A DNA stretch of 32,000 nucleotides. Source: Caulobacter vibrioides NA1000. GTDB taxonomy: Bacteria > Pseudomonadota > Alphaproteobacteria > Caulobacterales > Caulobacteraceae. Shown here in pieces: positions 26,224 to 32,000 of the stretch. A model generated the notes under the pieces. It did not search any database. It saw nothing but the letters and a program-made list of their open reading frames with translations, and was not told the DNA's origin. Both the position numbers and the translations under genes were made by a program. Numbering within the stretch: position 1 is the first letter of the stretch; every line of letters begins with the position of its first letter. Where the stretch lies: the NCBI RefSeq assembly GCF_000022005.1, contig NC_011916.1; one strand, written 5' to 3'.

Positions 26224-26481
26224 TTAAGCGAGGCGGAGACGGAGGGCCGCCTGGCGAGGCGCTTTGGCGAGACGCAGCCGGATGCGCGGCCCGAACTTGG
26301 TCGCCGAGGTCAGGCGGGCGACCATCCCCGCGTCTCCGGCCTTCGCGAACAGCCGGGTCGCGGCCGTCCACAGGGCTGTGGTCACCGGATGCGGCAGAAC
26401 GATCCCGGCCACGCCGCCGGCCAGCAGCAGGCTCCAGGCCAGGATGCGGAGCACGGCGCCGGAAAGGGGTGACAGGGTCAT
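26224..26481 (-). CDS. short DUF454/YbaN-like membrane protein (copy a)
   Basis: 85 aa with GAGGAG upstream of the ATG. LLLAGGVAGIVLPHPVTTALWTAATRLF aligns position-for-position with copy b. Confidence 0.55.
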   Translation of the reverse strand: MTLSPLSGAVLRILAWSLLLAGGVAGIVLPHPVTTALWTAATRLFAKAGDAGMVARLTSATKFGPRIRLRLAKAPRQAALRLRLA

Positions 26482-26612
26482 GGCGAGAACTCCTCGGGGT
26501 TACGCCAAGACCTTCGCGCCGAGGGACTAATAAATCCAATTGATCGTTTTTCGCGGAGACATCGATCTTCCCTATGCGACGAGCGCGCCGTTCGCAGGTT
26601 AAGCCTCGCCGC

Positions 26613-27560
26613 ATGACCGCCGCCCAAAGCCCTCCTGGCGTCCTGCCGGACGCCGCCGCCACCAACTGGGTCGACCGCCATGCGCCGCAGCGCCTGCGGC
26701 CCTGGCTGAAGCTGGGCCGGTTCGACCGGCCGGTGGGGATCTGGCTCTTGATGCTGCCCGGCTGGCAGGGCATCGCCCTGGCCGCCGCCGAGCAGGGCCG
26801 CTGGCCCAATCCGCTGCTGCTGCTGGCCGTGTTCGTCGGCGCGGCCCTGATGCGGGCGGCCGGCTGCGCGTTCAACGACATCGTCGACCGCGACTTCGAC
26901 GCCCAGGTGGCCCGCACGGCGATGCGGCCGATCCCTGCGGGACTGATCAGCGTCAAGCAGGCCTGGCTGTTCGTGGTCGGCTGCTGCGGGGTCAGTTTCC
27001 TGATCCTGATTTGCCTCGGCTGGACCGCGATCCTGCTGGGCGTGCTGTCGCTCGCCCTCGTCGCCGCCTATCCGTTCATGAAGCGGATCACCTGGTGGCC
27101 GCAGGCGTGGCTGGGCCTGACCTTCAACTGGGGCGCTCTTTTGGGCTACGCCGCCGCGACGGGGCATCTGTCGTGGTCGGCCGCCCTGCTCTACGCCTCG
27201 GGCATTTTCTGGACCCTGGGCTACGACACGATCTACGCGATCCAGGACATCGAGGACGACGCCCTGGCGGGGATCAAGTCCTCGACCCGGCGCCTGGGCC
27301 AGCATGTCCAGATCGGCGTCGCCGGCTTCTATCTCGTCAGCTTCATCCTGCTGGTGATCGCCGGCTGGATGGGCGACATCGGCCCGCTGTTCCTGCCGCT
27401 GGCGGCCCTGTTCGCCCTGCACCTGTCGCGTCAGGCCGCCGCTGTGCGGATCGAAGACGGTCCCGGCGCGCTGAAGCTCTTCAAGTCAAACGCGCTGGCG
27501 GGCCTTCTGGTGTTCGCAGGCCTGGTGGCCGGGCTCTGGAAGCCGGGCGTCAGCTTCTAA
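26613..27560 (+). CDS. ubiA: 4-hydroxybenzoate polyprenyltransferase
   Basis: UbiA prenyltransferase motifs are present (NDIVDRDFDAQVARTAMRP and YAIQDIEDD). The ATG at 26613 is preferred, with an alternative at 26574. Confidence 0.9.
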   Translation: MTAAQSPPGVLPDAAATNWVDRHAPQRLRPWLKLGRFDRPVGIWLLMLPGWQGIALAAAEQGRWPNPLLLLAVFVGAALMRAAGCAFNDIVDRDFDAQVARTAMRPIPAGLISVKQAWLFVVGCCGVSFLILICLGWTAILLGVLSLALVAAYPFMKRITWWPQAWLGLTFNWGALLGYAAATGHLSWSAALLYASGIFWTLGYDTIYAIQDIEDDALAGIKSSTRRLGQHVQIGVAGFYLVSFILLVIAGWMGDIGPLFLPLAALFALHLSRQAAAVRIEDGPGALKLFKSNALAGLLVFAGLVAGLWKPGVSF

Positions 27561-27573
27561 CCTCAAACCCCTT

Positions 27574-27678
27574 GTCATCCCGGCCAAGCGCGAAGCGCGC
27601 AGAGCCGGGACCCAGGGGCCGCCGCACCGCCGCTCGCCCCTGGGTCCCGGATAGCCTCTGCGAGGCTTCCGGGATGAC
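27574..27678. repeat. long palindromic element, family C, immediately after ubiA
   Basis: The outer arms are gtcatcccgg (27574-27583) and ccgggatgac (27669-27678). The inner 14-bp arms are ccgggacccagggg and cccctgggtcccgg. A further cgcagag / ctctgcg pairing lies between them. Confidence 0.8.
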
Positions 27679-27762
27679 ACACCAAATTGCGTCAGAGGCG
27701 ACTCCATCTGGTGACGCAAGGTCACGCTGTTGAGCCCAGGCGGACTGTGCGATGCTCCGCAC

Positions 27763-28719
27763 ATGGCCGTCGCTCCACGCGTCAAACCGCTGGACCTGTT
27801 CACGCCCGAGGAATGGACGCGGATTTCCGCGCGCTCGTCCTGGCGGGGCATTTGGATGGTGGCCCACGCCTGGGGCGTGATCCTCGCCGCCGGGGCGCTG
27901 TTCGTCGCCTTCCCCAACCCGCTGACCTATGTCCTGGCTGTGATGCTGATCGGCGCGCGGCAGCTGGGTCTGGCGATCCTGATGCATGAGGCCGCGCACG
28001 GCGGCCTGCATCCCAAGCTCAAGGTCAATGACTGGCTGGGCGAGTGGCTGTGCGCCGCGCCGGTGGGCGCCTCGCTGGCCAGCTATCGCCCCTATCACCT
28101 CAGCCATCACAAATACGCCCAGCAGGCCGAGGATCCTGATCTGGTGCTCTCAGCGCCCTTCCCGACCACGCGGCGCTCGCTGCGCCGCAAGATGATCCGC
28201 GACCTGACCGGCCAGACCTTCTTCAAGCAGCGCTTCGGGCCGCTGCTGGGCAAGATGAAGGGCGCAAAGACCACGGGGCAGCCCAAGGGCGCGATCTTCG
28301 CCGGCGAGATCGCGCGGCAAAGGCCGTTCCTGCTGTGGAACCTCGGCATCCTGGTGGTGTTGTCGGCGCTTGGCCTGTGGTGGGCGTGGCCGGCGCTGTG
28401 GATCGTGCCGATGGCCACCTGGTTCCCGCTGGTCACGCGCCTGCGCAACATCGCCGAGCACGCCCTGGTGGCCAAGGACGAGCCCGACCCGTTCCGCCAC
28501 GCCCGCACCACAAACGCCAACTGGATCGAGCGCGCCCTGATTGCGCCCTACTACGTCAACTTCCACGCCGAACATCACATGTTCATGCACACCCCGTGCT
28601 GGAACCTGCCGTTGGCGCATCGGGTGCTGGAGAAGAAGGGCCTGACGCAGGGCATGCTGACAGCGCCGGGCTATCTGAGCGTGCTGAAGGCCGCATCGAG
28701 CAAACCGGTCGCGGCCTAG
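27763..28719 (+). CDS. membrane fatty-acid-desaturase-family (His-box di-iron) protein
   Basis: Three histidine boxes are present: HEAAH, HLSHH and EHHMFMH. The ATG at 27763 is preferred over the TTG at 27730. Confidence 0.85.
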   Translation: MAVAPRVKPLDLFTPEEWTRISARSSWRGIWMVAHAWGVILAAGALFVAFPNPLTYVLAVMLIGARQLGLAILMHEAAHGGLHPKLKVNDWLGEWLCAAPVGASLASYRPYHLSHHKYAQQAEDPDLVLSAPFPTTRRSLRRKMIRDLTGQTFFKQRFGPLLGKMKGAKTTGQPKGAIFAGEIARQRPFLLWNLGILVVLSALGLWWAWPALWIVPMATWFPLVTRLRNIAEHALVAKDEPDPFRHARTTNANWIERALIAPYYVNFHAEHHMFMHTPCWNLPLAHRVLEKKGLTQGMLTAPGYLSVLKAASSKPVAA

Positions 28720-28743
28720 GGCGCCGCGTGCTTTAAGCGCGGC

Positions 28744-29403
28744 ATGATCGTCCAGACCCTGGAAGGCCGGCGGGCTTTTATCCGCGACAACACCCAGCTC
28801 TTGCCGCCGCCGCATGCGCCCGAACTGGCGCTGCATCTGGCCGACGAGGTCACGCCGCTGTGGAAGCTGACCGAGGAGGCGCTGGAGGAGATCGGCTTGC
28901 CGCCGCCCTTCTGGGCGTTCGCCTGGGCCGGCGGACAGGCCCTGGCGCGCTATATCCTCGATCATCCCGAAACGGTGGCCGGCAAGACCGTCTTCGACTT
29001 CGCCACCGGCTCGGGCCTGGTGGCCATCGCGGCGATGAAGGCGGGCGCCAAGAGCGTGCTGGCCAATGACATCGACGTCTTCTGCGAGGCGGCTGTGACC
29101 CTGAACGCCGAGGCCAACGGCGTCTTAGTCGCCTTCACCGAGGCCAATCTTCTAGGCGGCCCGCCGCCGGAGGCGCAGGTCCTGCTGGCCGGCGACATCT
29201 GCTACGAAAAGCCCATGGCCGAGGCGGTGATGGACTGGCTGCGTCGCGGCCGCGCCCAGGGTTCGACGGTGCTGATCGGCGATCCCGGCCGCACCTACTT
29301 CCGCAAGGACGACCTGGTGAAGCTGGCCGAGTACCAGGTCGAGACCACCCGCGAGCTCGAGGACATGGCCGTCAAGCGCACCAGCGTCTGGACTCTGCCT
29401 TGA
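28744..29403 (+). CDS. class I SAM-dependent methyltransferase, METTL20 / ETF-beta lysine methyltransferase-like
   Basis: 219 aa. FWAFAWAGGQALARYILDHPETVAGKTVFDFATGSGLVAIAAMKAGA resembles, from memory, the METTL20 family motif plus SAM-binding motif I. Confidence 0.7.
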   Translation: MIVQTLEGRRAFIRDNTQLLPPPHAPELALHLADEVTPLWKLTEEALEEIGLPPPFWAFAWAGGQALARYILDHPETVAGKTVFDFATGSGLVAIAAMKAGAKSVLANDIDVFCEAAVTLNAEANGVLVAFTEANLLGGPPPEAQVLLAGDICYEKPMAEAVMDWLRRGRAQGSTVLIGDPGRTYFRKDDLVKLAEYQVETTRELEDMAVKRTSVWTLP

Positions 29404-29413
29404 TGGCGAAATA

Positions 29414-29428
29414 GAACAATTCAGGAAC
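29414..29428 (+). promoter_or_regulatory. GAAC-N7-GAAC direct repeat (candidate alphaproteobacterial LexA/SOS box) upstream of the VOC gene
   Basis: gaacaattcaggaac sits in the 44-nt intergenic gap and ends 19 nt before the VOC ATG. A third GAAC follows at 29434-29437 after 5 nt. Confidence 0.4.
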
Positions 29429-29447
29429 ATTCAGAACTGAGGCCACC

Positions 29448-29801
29448 ATGCGCGAAGACGGCAAGATCGACTATATTGAGTGGCCCGGCGGCGATCTGCC
29501 GGCGACCAAGGCCTTCTATTCCGCCGCGTTTGGCTGGACCTTCGCTGACTACGGTCCAGACTATGTGGCCTTCGAGGGCCAGGGAACCGATGGCGGCTTC
29601 GCCAAGCCGCAGGAGGGGTCCAGCGATCGACCGCTGGTGATCCTCTACGCCCACGACCTGGAGGCCATGCTGGACAAGGTCACGGCGGCCGGCGGGGTGA
29701 TCACCGCGCCGATCTTCAGCTTCCCGGGCGGGCGTCGCTTTCACTTCACCGACCCGTCGGGCAATGAGCTGGGCGTGTGGAGCGCCACCGGGGTCGAATA
29801 G
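29448..29801 (+). CDS. VOC family protein (glyoxalase / bleomycin-resistance fold)
   Basis: 117 aa with the typical small VOC pattern (FYSAAFGW...F.DPSGNELGVW). Confidence 0.85.
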   Translation: MREDGKIDYIEWPGGDLPATKAFYSAAFGWTFADYGPDYVAFEGQGTDGGFAKPQEGSSDRPLVILYAHDLEAMLDKVTAAGGVITAPIFSFPGGRRFHFTDPSGNELGVWSATGVE

Positions 29802-29815
29802 GCGCTCGCGATCTG

Positions 29816-30685
29816 TCAGGGGGCGGCAAAGCGCGGGTGGAACTTGCGCGGACTCCAGCCAAAGTCCCGCGCCGCGTCGGTCGAGTCGAAGGTCAGGTCC
29901 TGGCCCATCCGGGTTCCCATGGCCGTCGTGGCGCCGGGATAGAACGGTTTGGCCAGGCGCATCAGCAGGCCAAACAGCCAGGTCGGCATCGGCAGACTGC
30001 GGGGCGTCTTGCCCAAGCCTTCAAACACGCGGTCGACCATGACGCGATAGGTGAGCGTCTCACCTCCGACGAGGTTATAGGCCTTGTCAGCGGCCGCAGG
30101 CGCATGGGCGGCGGCGAGGGCCCCGGCGGCCAGATCCTCGGCGTGGACCGGCTGGCGCAGCCCCTCCCCCGCGCCCGACAACGGCATGAAGTGAAAGCGG
30201 CGCACCAGCCGGGCGATGCGGCTGACATTCGCGTCGTGGCTTTCGTCATAGATCAGGGTGGGCCGCAGGATCGTCCAGGCGACCCCGTTGGCGGCGCACC
30301 AGGCCTCGACCGCCTGTTCCGCCTCGGTCAGCGCCGCCGCCACCGCGCGCTCGGCCGCGTCCGGCGAGGTCGTCTTGGTGAACCGGCTGGTCGAGGAAAA
30401 GGCGATCAGACGCGCCATGCCGCGCGCCTTCAGCGCCGGCAGGGCGGGCGGCAGGAGCCAGATCGGCGACAGCGAAAACACCGTCGCGGTCACCGGCAGG
30501 CGCTCGGCGAGGTCCGGGTCCTTCAGGTCGCCGCCGATCCAGCAGGCGTCGCCCGGCGGCGGGCGGCGGCTGAAGGCGACCGGATCCAGGCCCTCGTCCT
30601 TCAGCCGCGCCATCAGATGGCGCCCGATCAGGCTGGTCGCGCCCAGCACCAGCACCGGCGTCTTCAGGGTGTTCTCAGCGTCCAT
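29816..30685 (-). CDS. NAD(P)-binding SDR-family protein (atypical epimerase/dehydratase-like)
   Basis: 289 aa with an N-terminal Rossmann motif VLVLGATSLIGRHL. Confidence 0.8.
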   Translation of the reverse strand: MDAENTLKTPVLVLGATSLIGRHLMARLKDEGLDPVAFSRRPPPGDACWIGGDLKDPDLAERLPVTATVFSLSPIWLLPPALPALKARGMARLIAFSSTSRFTKTTSPDAAERAVAAALTEAEQAVEAWCAANGVAWTILRPTLIYDESHDANVSRIARLVRRFHFMPLSGAGEGLRQPVHAEDLAAGALAAAHAPAAADKAYNLVGGETLTYRVMVDRVFEGLGKTPRSLPMPTWLFGLLMRLAKPFYPGATTAMGTRMGQDLTFDSTDAARDFGWSPRKFHPRFAAP

Positions 30686-30720
30686 TCGCCTCCTATAGTC
30701 CCGCGCGGGAGGGGTTGCCC

Positions 30721-31077
30721 ATGACCTATGACGAGGTTCGCGCCTTTGCGTTTCGCCTGCCGGGCGTGAGCGACGGGACCAGCTATGGCCGGCCGTGCCT
30801 GAAGGCGCACGGCAAGTTCCTGACCCGCCTGTTCGAGGACGGCGAGAGCCTGGTCTGTCCGGCCGTGCCGTTCGACGAACGCGACATGCTGGTCGAGGCC
30901 GAGCCCGACATCTTCCATTTCACCGACCACTTCCGGAACTACCCTTATGTCCTGGTCCGCCTGGCGCAGGCGCATCCGGGCACGGTCGAGCGGCTGGTGA
31001 TGCGCCAGTGGCGCGCCACCGCGCCCAAGACGGTGCTAAAGGCCTGGGACGCCGCCCATCCGACGGAGATTCGATGA
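30721..31077 (+). CDS. MmcQ/YjbR family protein
   Basis: 118 aa from the ATG at 30721. The pattern [16 protein letters not shown]...[13 protein letters not shown] is YjbR-like. Confidence 0.7.
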   Translation: MTYDEVRAFAFRLPGVSDGTSYGRPCLKAHGKFLTRLFEDGESLVCPAVPFDERDMLVEAEPDIFHFTDHFRNYPYVLVRLAQAHPGTVERLVMRQWRATAPKTVLKAWDAAHPTEIR

Positions 31078-31730
31078 AAAGCCCGCTCGCCCTTTGGCGC
31101 ATCCTGATCGCGCTGGTCGCCTGCCTTGGCCCGCCCCTTCAGTACGGCCTGATGGTCTACGACGAAACCCTGGTGTCGGCGGCGGTGAAGTCGGTCGAGT
31201 TCTTCAGCTATTTCACGATCCTGACGAACCTGCTGGCCGCCGCGGCGCTGACCGCGCCCCTTGTCGCGCCCCAAAGCCGCTTCGCCGCCTGGGCCGAGCA
31301 AAGCGGTCCGCGCGCCGCGATCGCGACCTATCTGGCCATCACGGCGGTCGTCTATCACACCATGCTGGCCTCGCAGTGGGACCCGCAGGGCCTGCGCAAG
31401 GTCTCCGACACGATCCTGCACACCATCACCCCGATCGCCTTCCTGCTGGACGTGGCCCTGCGCGGCGGACAAGGCCCCGCGCGCTGGATCGTCGCCGCCA
31501 AGGCCATGGCCTTCCCGGCCCTGTTCGGGGTCTGGACCCTGCTCCACGGCGCCCTGACCAACTGGTATCCGTATCCGTTCATGAACGTCGCCAAGCGCGG
31601 CTATCCCAAGGTGCTGCTGACCATGGTCGAGATGAGCGTGGCCTTCGCGCTGGTCGCGCTGATCTTCATCGCCCTCTCGCGCGTTCGGGCCAGGGTGGCG
31701 CCCAGCCACAGCGAGCCCCTATCGGCCTGA
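31074..31730 (+). CDS. integral membrane protein (tentatively Pr6Pr / FAR-17a-AIG1-like)
   Basis: 218 aa with about six hydrophobic helices. Its ATG overlaps the YjbR stop (ATGA). The family assignment is tentative. Confidence 0.6.
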   Translation: MKSPLALWRILIALVACLGPPLQYGLMVYDETLVSAAVKSVEFFSYFTILTNLLAAAALTAPLVAPQSRFAAWAEQSGPRAAIATYLAITAVVYHTMLASQWDPQGLRKVSDTILHTITPIAFLLDVALRGGQGPARWIVAAKAMAFPALFGVWTLLHGALTNWYPYPFMNVAKRGYPKVLLTMVEMSVAFALVALIFIALSRVRARVAPSHSEPLSA

Positions 31731-31750
31731 CGCCCTTTTCGGAGCCTTCG

Positions 31751-32000
31751 ATGTCCAAGCTTGTTCCCGCCGTCCGCTCGGGCGATGTCCTGATGCCCGC
31801 CCTGGGCTTTGGCACCTGGCAGCTGGAGAACGGAACCGCCGTTCCGCTGGTCGAAAAGGCCCTGGAGATCGGCTACCGCCACATCGACACCGCCCAGATC
31901 TACGGCAACGAGCGCGATGTCGGCGCGGCGATCAGGAACAGCGGGGTCAAGCGCGACGAGATCTTCCTGACCACCAAGGTCTGGATCGACCAGTTCGCGG
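31751..32000 (+). CDS. aldo/keto reductase (partial, runs off the right edge)
   Basis: GGAG lies upstream of the [11 protein letters not shown]...[14 protein letters not shown] is the AKR N-terminal signature. Confidence 0.88.
   Translation, partial: MSKLVPAVRSGDVLMPALGFGTWQLENGTAVPLVEKALEIGYRHIDTAQIYGNERDVGAAIRNSGVKRDEIFLTTKVWIDQFA

Noticed and set aside
25867-26481. The possibility that the two DUF454-like ORFs are halves of one frameshifted ybaN pseudogene.
   Set aside because: Both ORFs contain the same N-terminal motif and align to each other, so they are paralogous copies rather than N- and C-terminal fragments. Each has its own SD and start.
24041-26956. 971-aa ORF that would fuse the ABC exporter with upstream sequence. 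Likewise the 588-aa extension of thrC (2028-3794).
   Set aside because: The N-terminal extensions are Arg/Pro/Gly-rich nonsense that runs across independently supported genes or intergenic DNA. Homology begins at internal ATGs (25834 and 3425).

Overview
GC-rich (by eye about two-thirds G+C, not computed), gene-dense chromosomal segment that looks alphaproteobacterial. Gene content and repeat families resemble Caulobacter and relatives, but that assignment is inference. I support 36 coding regions, two of them partial at the window edges and two short ORFs missing from the supplied track. The left third is the aa3-type cytochrome c oxidase cluster on the minus strand: ctaC-ctaD-ctaB-(53-aa ORF)-ctaG-ctaE, an intrinsic terminator, then DUF983-SURF1-thrC-M16 peptidase-GNAT. 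The rest is mainly housekeeping or accessory metabolism: a PadR/DUF1700/DUF2807 module, tldD, a GNAT, a POT peptide transporter, plant-type gshA, rsmE, ppk2, DUF1801, an S10 carboxypeptidase, a large DUF4153 membrane protein, an ABC exporter preceded by two tandem half-size DUF454/YbaN-like genes, ubiA, a His-box desaturase-family protein, a METTL20-like methyltransferase, VOC, SDR, YjbR, a membrane protein and an aldo/keto reductase. I found no rRNA, tRNA, CRISPR array, transposase, integrase, phage gene or recognisable defence gene. I also found no convincing multi-gene novel system. The items most worth a second look are: (1) a ~190-nt non-coding gap at 14587-14775 made of consecutive hairpins with mutually exclusive pairings and a plus-oriented terminator between two minus-strand genes; (2) two Shine-Dalgarno-supported small membrane ORFs; (3) a perfect GAAC-N7-GAAC (alphaproteobacterial SOS-box type) repeat just upstream of the VOC gene; (4) three families of long palindromic REP/MITE-like elements at gene 3' ends, one with strand-specific G-U compensation; (5) the tandem DUF454 pair plus ABC exporter, convergently overlapping the DUF4153 gene. 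The many long ORFs antisense to real genes are high-GC shadow frames.
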